A DNA stretch of 64,000 nucleotides from an uncultured bacterium. GTDB taxonomy: Bacteria > Chloroflexota > UBA5177 > JANWHV01. The position numbers and the translations under genes were made by a program. This document shows positions 39,953-47,979 of the stretch, piece after piece. The stretch is from positions 128,001 through 192,000 of the forward strand of contig CAWHAE010000016.1 in NCBI GenBank assembly GCA_963827235.1, given 5' to 3'. The notes under the pieces were generated by a model. It was given only the letters and a program-made list of their open reading frames with translations, was not told the DNA's origin and made no database searches. Numbering within the stretch: the first letter of the stretch is position 1; each line of letters opens with the position of its first letter.

Positions 39953-41089
39953 CTAGCGCGGCACGGTCACGGGCATGATCACATGCAGGAAGTCGGCGCC
40001 ATCCACCGGGCGCAGGACGCCGGCGTGCGTCGGGCCGGTCAGCTCAAGCGCCACCTGAGTGGAGTTCACCACGTTCAGGGCGTCGGCGACGTACTTGCTG
40101 TTGAAGCCTATCTTCAGGGCGTCGCCGCTCACCACCGCATCCACCACGCTGTCGTTGTCGCCGATATCCTGCGTCTCCGCGCTTACCGTCACCGTACCGT
40201 TGCCGTCACCGCTGGATTCGATACTCAGACGAAGCATGCTTGCGCCGTCGCGCGCGAAGAAGCTGGCGATCTTGACCGCCTTCTGAAGATCCGCGGTGTT
40301 GGCCACGACGCGCGTGCGGAACTCCTTGGGGATGATCTGCTTGTATGGGACGAACTGCTCATTGAGTAGCGTGGCGAGGAAGTCGACGTTCTCCATGTGG
40401 AACAGGATCTGGCCGCGATTGGGGGTCACGGTGATTGAGACCGGGCTGTCGTCGTCCGGCAGAATGCGTCCCAACTCGGCCACCGTACGGGCGGGAATGA
40501 GTACGCTGAAATCGGCAGCCGACGGCGAGCTGAGTGTCGCGGTGCGCACCGAGAGCCTGTATGCATCGGAAGCCGTCAGAGTCAGCGTGTCGCCCGAGAA
40601 GGTGGTGAACACGCCTTGCAGCGGACCCCGCGTCGCGTCGGTCGACGCGGCAAAGACCACCTGACCGATCATGCCGCGCAGCAAGCCCGCGGGAACGGTC
40701 GCAGACACCTCGTCGGCGATGGTCGGGATGAGCGGAAACTCGTCGGCGTCGATGCCGCGAATGTTGGCCGAATAGCGCGAGCAGCGGAGCGTGCTCACGA
40801 CCTGGCTGCTCGGCGTCGACAGCTCCACAGGCTCGTCGGGAAGGCTGTTGACGAACTCGGTCACCAGCCTGGCTGGAAGCGTCACGGCGCCTTCCTCCGA
40901 GACCATGGCAGGAATCCACACGGTGACCCCAACCTTTAGATCGGTCGCCGACAGCCGGAGCCGCCCGTCGTCAGTCGCGAACAGGATGTTGCTGAGCACC
41001 GGCAACGTGCTGGCCGAGCTCGTGCCAACGCCGCGGTTAACGACCTGGAGCCCCCGGCTGAGCGTTTCCTGCGAGCAAGACAGCTTCAT
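39953..41089 (-). CDS. dnaN: DNA polymerase III beta sliding clamp
   Basis: TLPVLSNIL, ATDL, DEFP, IGFNSKY, VIMPV; directly upstream of recF. Confidence 0.95.
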   Translation of the reverse strand: MKLSCSQETLSRGLQVVNRGVGTSSASTLPVLSNILFATDDGRLRLSATDLKVGVTVWIPAMVSEEGAVTLPARLVTEFVNSLPDEPVELSTPSSQVVSTLRCSRYSANIRGIDADEFPLIPTIADEVSATVPAGLLRGMIGQVVFAASTDATRGPLQGVFTTFSGDTLTLTASDAYRLSVRTATLSSPSAADFSVLIPARTVAELGRILPDDDSPVSITVTPNRGQILFHMENVDFLATLLNEQFVPYKQIIPKEFRTRVVANTADLQKAVKIASFFARDGASMLRLSIESSGDGNGTVTVSAETQDIGDNDSVVDAVVSGDALKIGFNSKYVADALNVVNSTQVALELTGPTHAGVLRPVDGADFLHVIMPVTVPR

Positions 41090-41266
41090 TCGCGGTCCTC
41101 CACGGACACTACAAGCGGTCGCGCATGGGATCTTTTGGAGCAGCGTCCAACCGTCGCGTGACGTGACGCGCCATTCCTCATAGACCGTTTATCAGACGGG
41201 GAGTATGATACAGCAGGCTACTGGAGGCAACAAGGCGCTCGATTGCCCCGTTCACCGGAGGTTGCT

Positions 41267-43114
41267 GTGAATCTGCTGCTTCGTCGTCCGCGACGGTTCT
41301 TTCTGGCCTACTGGACCGTGATCCTGGTCCTGGCGGTAGTGCTCTTCGCGACCCAGAACGGAAATCCCGCCGTGGCGCCGTCGTCGAAGACGGTGACGCT
41401 GCTGACCGGACAGGTCGTGCACCTGGGCCCGGGGTATGCGCCTCTGCCGGCGTCCGGCCTGGTTGAGAGCAGGGCCACGAGCGACCTACAGGGCGACGAG
41501 ATCGCCTTCCCAAGTGGCCTGCTGTCTCACGCCCATCCATACATCGATCTTCACCTCTTCGATGCAGGCTATCTGGAGCGGCAAGGCTTTGGCGACGCCA
41601 GCTCGTCCATCATGCCGGTCTTTGTTATGTTCGACAATCGCGCCGATGCTCTCGCCGCCTGGAGGCAAGGCACGGTCGAAAACGGCATTCACCTCACTCA
41701 CCTGTTCGAGTATCTGCCTCTGGCTTCCGGCTACGTCGACAAGAAGGGACCGTTTGTGCCATCGGCCGCGCCCCTCGACGCGACGACTGCATCTTCCTCG
41801 GGGCGCTACGATCTCAATGCATCGGCAGGCACGGACGCCGGCGGCGTGACCGGCATTTATCTGGACGACAAGGTGAGCCTGCCCGCCGGCTCCGCGGCCA
41901 ACGGTGACGTTGGTCCGGCCCTCAACGATGCGGTGAGACTCATAGGCGCCGACGTCGCGCACGAGCGCGGTCTCACGGGGACCGGCGTCAAGATCGCCGT
42001 GGTCGATACCGGCATAGATTCCTCGCATCCCGACCTCACCGGAAAGGTCGTCGCGGCCAAGAACTTCAGCGCGGACAGCGATACGCTTGACCACTTCGGA
42101 CACGGCACGCACGTCGCGAGCATCGCAGCCGGTACGGGCGTTGCCAGCGAAGGCAAGTACCAGGGCGTCGCACCCGGAGCGGAGCTGATCAACGCCAAGG
42201 CCCTGAACAGATACGGCACCGGAACGAACGACGGCATCATACGTGCCATGGAGTGGGCGGCCGACCAAGGGGCAAAGGTAATCAACATGAGCCTCGGCGG
42301 GCCGCAATCGGACGGCACAGACGTCATGTCCAGTGCGGTCAATGCGATAAGCAAGACCAAGGGTGTGCTATTCGTGATTGCGGCCGGCAACGCGGGGCCG
42401 CAAAACAAGGTCTCGACTCCCGCGGCGGCCGATATGAGCATCGCGGTAGCGGCGATTGACAAGTCCAGGGACCTGGCCAGCTTCAGCTCTCGAGGACCGC
42501 GCCTGACCAACATGGCGCTCAAGCCCGACATCTCGGCGCCGGGAGTGAAGATCACGGCGGCGCGCGCGAACTACGGTACGGCCGACCCTTATGTCGCGTT
42601 CTCCGGCACGAGCATGGCCTCGCCGATGGTCGCCGGTTCGGCCGCGCTGGTTTGGCAATTGCATCCATCGTGGACTCGCGAGCAGGTGAAGGACGCGCTG
42701 CTCACCTCCGCGGTGCCAATCGGCGGCGACTGCGAGACCTCGGCATTCGATCAGGGAGCAGGTGCCGTCGACCTGCCGGGCATTCTGGATCAGACGGTGA
42801 CGGCCGATCCCGGATCGGTGAGTTTCGGCATCGTGAAGAACTCAGCGTCGAAGGATCTGACGCTCCAGAATCTCACCGGCACGTCGATGACCTTGACCGT
42901 GAAGGCGTCGCTGTGTCAAGCGGGCAAACCGGACGGCACCCTGGAAGTCACGCCGTCACAGGTAACGATACCCGCCGCGTCCGCAGGTGGCTCGCAAGCC
43001 GTTGTCGCCAAAGTCACGGGCTTCAAGAAGTCCGGCACGTTCACCGGCGAAATCCTCGTCGAGAACGGCAGCAAAGTGGTGGCACGAGAAGCAGTCGGCC
43101 TGGTGGTCAAATAA
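41267..43114 (+). CDS. S8 (subtilisin-family) serine peptidase, exported or membrane-anchored
   Basis: N-terminal TM/signal; catalytic triad VDTG, HGTHVA, GTSMASP; AAGN oxyanion; C-terminal Ig-like domain. Confidence 0.95.
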   Translation: MNLLLRRPRRFFLAYWTVILVLAVVLFATQNGNPAVAPSSKTVTLLTGQVVHLGPGYAPLPASGLVESRATSDLQGDEIAFPSGLLSHAHPYIDLHLFDAGYLERQGFGDASSSIMPVFVMFDNRADALAAWRQGTVENGIHLTHLFEYLPLASGYVDKKGPFVPSAAPLDATTASSSGRYDLNASAGTDAGGVTGIYLDDKVSLPAGSAANGDVGPALNDAVRLIGADVAHERGLTGTGVKIAVVDTGIDSSHPDLTGKVVAAKNFSADSDTLDHFGHGTHVASIAAGTGVASEGKYQGVAPGAELINAKALNRYGTGTNDGIIRAMEWAADQGAKVINMSLGGPQSDGTDVMSSAVNAISKTKGVLFVIAAGNAGPQNKVSTPAAADMSIAVAAIDKSRDLASFSSRGPRLTNMALKPDISAPGVKITAARANYGTADPYVAFSGTSMASPMVAGSAALVWQLHPSWTREQVKDALLTSAVPIGGDCETSAFDQGAGAVDLPGILDQTVTADPGSVSFGIVKNSASKDLTLQNLTGTSMTLTVKASLCQAGKPDGTLEVTPSQVTIPAASAGGSQAVVAKVTGFKKSGTFTGEILVENGSKVVAREAVGLVVK

Positions 43115-43134
43115 CACTGGGGAGGAAACGGAGC

Positions 43135-43383
43135 ATGAGCAAGGAAGGCCAGGTCGGCCGGGCCAAGAAGGACTTGGCCGGCTACCTGAAGGTCGACGAG
43201 AACAGTATTCGCGTGAAGGGTGTCAGGTCGACTCAATGGCCCAACGCCTCGCTGGGCAAAGAGGAGCCCGGCATGAGCTTTGCCATGGTCATGATCGACG
43301 GCTACGTCATCGATCTCGAGGCCAAGGGCAAGAACTACACGTACAATGCCGACGACGATCGCAGAGTAATACGCGCCTGGTGA
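43135..43383 (+). CDS. small 82-aa protein with WPNASLG..PG...GY motif
   Basis: Strong SD (GGAGG) and ATG 20 nt after the peptidase stop; protein-like composition. Confidence 0.8.
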   Translation: MSKEGQVGRAKKDLAGYLKVDENSIRVKGVRSTQWPNASLGKEEPGMSFAMVMIDGYVIDLEAKGKNYTYNADDDRRVIRAW

Positions 43384-43443
43384 ACGCGACGAGCCGCTCG
43401 CGCGACAGAATGGGCGGCCGATCGAGATAGCCCGACCAAGGTG

Positions 43444-44715
43444 TCAGGGATAGATGCCCCGGTAAGCGGTTGAATCGGCCGCTACCTTGAGTGCACGGGC
43501 ATGTGCCGCCGTCCGATAGCTGACGCCGAGCTGGTCGTGCGTGTACTGCACCGCATCGAAGGCCTCTTCCATCACCGACGCAAGGCGATCCAGTACCTCG
43601 TGCTTGGACCAGAAGCTCTCTTGCAGCGATTGCACCCATTCGAAGTAGGAGACGGCGGCTCCGCCGCTGCCGGCCAGGATCTCGGGCAGGACGGTCACGC
43701 CTCTGTCGGCCAGAATGAGATCTGCTTCCTCGGTCGTGGGGCCAAGGGCTGCTTCCACCACGACGCGGGCTCGTACGCGCGGCGCGTTCGACGCCACGAT
43801 CTGATTCCCGACCGCCGCCGGTATCAGCACGTCGCAGTCGCAGATCAGCAGATCGGCATTACTCAGCGCGTCGCAGTCGGGAAACTCGCTCATGCCGCCG
43901 CGATTGCGCACATGGCGAAGCAATTCCGGAATGTCCAGGCCACGGGTGCTGTAGATGCCTCCGCTCGAATCACTGACCGCCACGACAGAGCAGCCCATGT
44001 CGTGGAGCAGCAGAGCCGCGGTTGAGCCGACCTCACCGAAACCCTGGATGGCAACCCGGCAGCCCGCGATGTCGAATCCTGCCTGTCCTGCCCAGCGCCG
44101 CAACGCAAACCATGCGCCGTACGCGGTAGCCTCGATGCCGGCTTCGGAGCCCCCCAGTGCCACGTCTTTCCCGGTAACGATCGCCGGCACCGAGTAGCCA
44201 ACGTGCATGCTGTAGGTGTCCATGATCCACGCCATGACCTGGCCATCCGTGTTGAGATCCGGCATGGTTATATCGGCGGTCGGACCTATTATGGGGGCAA
44301 GCTCAGTGGTGTACCGCCGGGTCAGGCGTTCGAGTTCCTTCGCCGACATTCGCCCCGGTTCGCACACAACCGAACCCGCTGAGCCGCCGAAGGGGAGGTT
44401 GAGCAGCGCGCACCGCCACGTCATGAGCATCGCCAGCGCGGTGACCTCGTCGACATCGGCGGATAGGTGGTACCGCAGTCCGCCGAGCGCTGGTCCGCGA
44501 GTGATATTGTGCTGCACTCTGTAGCCGGTGAACACGTCCACCTCGCCGCTATCCATCTCGATGGGCACTTGCACGGCGAAGATGCGCTTGGGCGTGCGCA
44601 GGACACGCCGGAGACTCGCATCCAGATCTAGAATGGACGCGGCCGCGTCGAACTGCCGCAACGCGATGGCGAACAACTCAGAACCCGCCGAGGCCGTGCC
44701 GGCCGGGATGCTCAT
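43444..44715 (-). CDS. Glu/Leu/Phe/Val dehydrogenase homolog lacking catalytic lysines (regulatory GdhA-type)
   Basis: GYRVQHN, AWIMDTYS, QGFGEVG, SYFEWVQ, RGIYP are present, but the Lys motifs read GPALGG, MTWR and GGSAGS. Confidence 0.88.
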   Translation of the reverse strand: MSIPAGTASAGSELFAIALRQFDAAASILDLDASLRRVLRTPKRIFAVQVPIEMDSGEVDVFTGYRVQHNITRGPALGGLRYHLSADVDEVTALAMLMTWRCALLNLPFGGSAGSVVCEPGRMSAKELERLTRRYTTELAPIIGPTADITMPDLNTDGQVMAWIMDTYSMHVGYSVPAIVTGKDVALGGSEAGIEATAYGAWFALRRWAGQAGFDIAGCRVAIQGFGEVGSTAALLLHDMGCSVVAVSDSSGGIYSTRGLDIPELLRHVRNRGGMSEFPDCDALSNADLLICDCDVLIPAAVGNQIVASNAPRVRARVVVEAALGPTTEEADLILADRGVTVLPEILAGSGGAAVSYFEWVQSLQESFWSKHEVLDRLASVMEEAFDAVQYTHDQLGVSYRTAAHARALKVAADSTAYRGIYP

Positions 44716-44865
44716 GCGCCTCTCCCCTTCGTGCGAGCACATCGATCAGGCAACCTGCCTGGCTCCTCCCGGACAGCACATCCACGATAAAGCGATCTTC
44801 ACGCGTCGCAAACAGGACTCAGCGGAGCAAAGGCGGCTAGACGCCACGCCGAAGGAATCGAGAGA

Positions 44866-45087
44866 TCAGGCGACCTCTTCGGCCTGCCAGCGGCCGCCCT
44901 TGCGGTCGATGACCATCGGCTGATTGCAGCTATCGCAGTACACTTCCATGCCCTCAAGTGGGAAGAACACCCCGACGTTACTTCCGCAGTGCGGGCACTC
45001 GGCCCGGGCGTATGCACCCTTGGCCTTGCTGACGACCTGATAGGCGACGACCCCGCCAACGGCGAGTCCGGCAAGTCTCCAGAGCAT
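44866..45087 (-). CDS. small membrane-anchored zinc-ribbon protein (73 aa)
   Basis: SD AAGGAG, N-terminal hydrophobic helix, CPHC...CDSC. Confidence 0.75.
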   Translation of the reverse strand: MLWRLAGLAVGGVVAYQVVSKAKGAYARAECPHCGSNVGVFFPLEGMEVYCDSCNQPMVIDRKGGRWQAEEVA

Positions 45088-45303
45088 CGTTTCGAACTCC
45101 TTCCGGCGCATCTCTGCCCGACTCGGGCACGCACCTCGTCTGCTTGGTTGATTATCCGCCATCGCTGAGCCATCTAGCAAGGTGCGCCATGATCAGGCGC
45201 ACAGGCGCCGTCCGCCGTCATCCTGTGGCCGCGCGATGGGCTCTGCAAGATGATCGTCAGACCTTCTAGGTCAATTCGGGGCTCGGTGTACATTGAGGAT
45301 GAG

Positions 45304-46224
45304 ATGCGGTTCAGAATCGGCACCAGGGGCAGCGCGCTGGCAAGAACGCAGGCGGAGTACGCCGTCGACTTGCTCGCCGGTCGTCTTCCGGGTGCCGAAT
45401 GTGCAGTGCATATCGTGCGCTCTCTCGGCGACGCTTCGCCTACCGTTCCGCTCGACCGGCTTGGCGCCCAGGGTGTGTTCACCCAGGCACTGGAGCAGGC
45501 CCTGGCGGACGGCTCCATAGACGTCGCGGTTCATTCCGCGAAGGATCTCCCCAGCTCTCTATCGGATCGGTTCGCGCTCGCGGCCATCACCGCCCGCGAG
45601 GATCCCCGAGACTGCTTGGTGTCGCGATACGGAGTCTCGCTGGCGGATCTGCCCCTCGGAGCGACAGTCGGTACTGGAAGTCCTCGCCGGATCTCGCAGC
45701 TCAGACTGCTCCGCCCCGACCTCCGGTTCGTTCCCATGCGCGGCAACGTGGACTCCCGCCGGGCGGCCGCACTCGAGGGCAAGCTGGACGCGGTTATTCT
45801 GGCCGTGGCCGGGCTGTCCCGGCTCGGCCTGCTGGACGACCGTGCGGTCGCCCTCGACATCGATCAGTGCCTGCCGCAGGCTGGTCAGGGAGCACTCGCC
45901 CTCGAGGTTCTTGCCCACAAGCGGGTGGTTCTCGAGGCCGTGCGGCTGGTCGACTGTGCCGACGCACGCGTCTGCGTGGAGGCCGAGCGGGCGGTGCTTG
46001 CCGGGTTAGCAGCCGGGTGCCAGGCACCCGTAGCCGCGCACGCCACGCTCATAGGCACCTCGACCGTGAGGCTGCGCGCCTACGCCGGCGCCGGAGAAGG
46101 GCCGGTGCTCCATGCGGATCGCAGTGCGCCCGCGCGTCAGGCAGCGTCTCTTGGTCTCGAAGTGGCGCGGGAGCTGCGAGCGCGCGGTGCGGACGACATT
46201 CTGGCTGCAGCTCGGCACGCCTAG
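45304..46224 (+). CDS. hemC: porphobilinogen deaminase
   Basis: IGTRGSALA, AVHSAKD, REDPRD, GTGSPRR, RGNVDSR, AGCQAPV (cofactor Cys). Confidence 0.97.
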   Translation: MRFRIGTRGSALARTQAEYAVDLLAGRLPGAECAVHIVRSLGDASPTVPLDRLGAQGVFTQALEQALADGSIDVAVHSAKDLPSSLSDRFALAAITAREDPRDCLVSRYGVSLADLPLGATVGTGSPRRISQLRLLRPDLRFVPMRGNVDSRRAAALEGKLDAVILAVAGLSRLGLLDDRAVALDIDQCLPQAGQGALALEVLAHKRVVLEAVRLVDCADARVCVEAERAVLAGLAAGCQAPVAAHATLIGTSTVRLRAYAGAGEGPVLHADRSAPARQAASLGLEVARELRARGADDILAAARHA

Positions 46225-46306
46225 ATAGCAACGGCCAGCGCGCGATCCGCTTGGACGCAGACAACCCTCTACGCCTCGGTAGCCCAGCCTCCGGGTCGGC
46301 GCGCCG

Positions 46307-46717
46307 CTATTTCACCCAGGCCGTCATGCTGCTCCGGCATACGCGACAGCGAAACGAAAACCCGCCTGCCAGGTCTGTGCGTCTCACGTAGTACGCCTGA
46401 TCGTTATGGCAGGTCGGACACTCCGCGTAGCCAAAGTCGAAGTCCTGGCAAGAGAACTCCCTGCCTTCGGTCACCGCCGGCAATATCGTCGACGTCGAAA
46501 GCACGGCCAGCTCGACAATGGTCTCTTCGATCCTGAGCGAGCGTTCGAAGACGATACCATCGGCTTCAATGCCTTCGACGGCGCCGGTCTCTTGAGTAGA
46601 CACCAGCGAATGGCCGGCGCCCGCCATAGGCGAGCCCAACATGGCGTGAAACGTGGCGTCAGTTAGCTTCGCCTTGCGCTTGCGAGCATTCCCCCCCGCG
46701 AACCGTCCACGATGCAC
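46307..46717 (-). CDS. hypothetical protein with C-terminal zinc ribbon
   Basis: SD GAGGAG 8 nt before GTG; CPTC...CRVC. Confidence 0.65.
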   Translation of the reverse strand: MHRGRFAGGNARKRKAKLTDATFHAMLGSPMAGAGHSLVSTQETGAVEGIEADGIVFERSLRIEETIVELAVLSTSTILPAVTEGREFSCQDFDFGYAECPTCHNDQAYYVRRTDLAGGFSFRCRVCRSSMTAWVK

Positions 46718-46722
46718 AAGCG

Positions 46723-46995
46723 CTACTCCTCTCCGAGCTGGGATCCGACGCTCACCGGGTAGGCCGACGCGCAGACCCACTCTTGAAAAGCATCGACGCT
46801 TCCGAAGCCCTTGACAATACTGGCACAGCACTCTTCCGAGCACAAAAACAGATGGCCGTTATAGAACCGGCCGACATCGTCGCTGTAGTAGCGCCGCCTG
46901 CCCGACACCGCGCTGGCGATACACACCAGCACAACCGGCCGGCCGCAACACGCACAGAAACGCGTGAGCCTGCTGCCGCCCACAAACCCCTCCAT
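46723..46995 (-). CDS. small Cys-rich protein (TRASH/FCS-like CxCC...CSxxC)
   Basis: FCACCG...FLCSEEC; ends just before the next gene's start. Confidence 0.55.
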   Translation of the reverse strand: MEGFVGGSRLTRFCACCGRPVVLVCIASAVSGRRRYYSDDVGRFYNGHLFLCSEECCASIVKGFGSVDAFQEWVCASAYPVSVGSQLGEE

Positions 46996-47388
46996 GCAGG
47001 CGTACTGCTCGGCGAGGCAACACCGGGCGCACTAATCACTGGCCGGCACGTAACCTGCCAGCAAGACCGGTCGCTGCTCGACCAGCTCGATCAAAGCTGC
47101 CCCAGTTCTACTGTATCACGACCGCACTCACGCGACGGTGTCCCAGTGCCCCAGCGGCACGCATCGCGCGCAAACGACCCGCGCTGCCGGGCCGAGCGGC
47201 AGGTTCATCCGGGTTTCATCGGCACCGGGCTAGTGTACCCAGTAGGCCGTTCCGGTTAACAGGGTGATGCGTGTATAGTGGTCATAGAGGCTCAAGACTC
47301 GGACGGCTTCGAGACCGGCATCCGTCGACAACGGCCATCTGCCGTGGCGGATTCTGCGCAGCTTCCGGGCGGTTAAGGAGACACGGCG

Positions 47389-47793
47389 ATGCCCAACCTG
47401 TTTGAATCCGGAATCGAGACGGTGCATGTGACCTGCGGCTCATGCGGGGCGCCGCTCGAGCTGGCCGCAAGTGCGCTGAGCGTATTTGGGACCGGCGAGG
47501 CAGTTCTCTGCATGGACTGCATGCTGCGTGAGGGCAGCGATGTGTCCGCCGACATCACGGTACCCCTTACGGAGCGCATTCGCCTGATCGACGACACGGT
47601 CGAAGAGTTCTCCGCCCACCTTCGAAACGTGCTGGTCCGCTGCATAAAGCCCGATCTGACGTGGAACCGCGAATACGGCGTTGAAGGCTGGTCCGATCCC
47701 GTCGACGTTGTGGCAGCGGCGTATGCGCCCGGCATGTGGTATGCCTTAAGAGGACGGATTAGCCGGCGAGGCCTGCCGCCCTCCGGAAACTAA
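47389..47793 (+). CDS. hypothetical protein with N-terminal zinc finger
   Basis: SD AAGGAG; CGSC...CMDC. Confidence 0.7.
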   Translation: MPNLFESGIETVHVTCGSCGAPLELAASALSVFGTGEAVLCMDCMLREGSDVSADITVPLTERIRLIDDTVEEFSAHLRNVLVRCIKPDLTWNREYGVEGWSDPVDVVAAAYAPGMWYALRGRISRRGLPPSGN

Positions 47794-47979
47794 CCGCGCA
47801 CGTCTCGGGGGCGCTCATGGGCGTCACGCCGAGCGCAGGTTGATCACCGCCGATACCCGGAGGCATGCCCGCCGAGATCCCTTCCGGCAGAGCGTGCCGG
47901 CGTGCTCTGCCGCTTCCGACGTGCAGATCAGTCAATCGACGATGCGCGAAATGATCGCGTGCCTGATTCGGCGTGGGTT

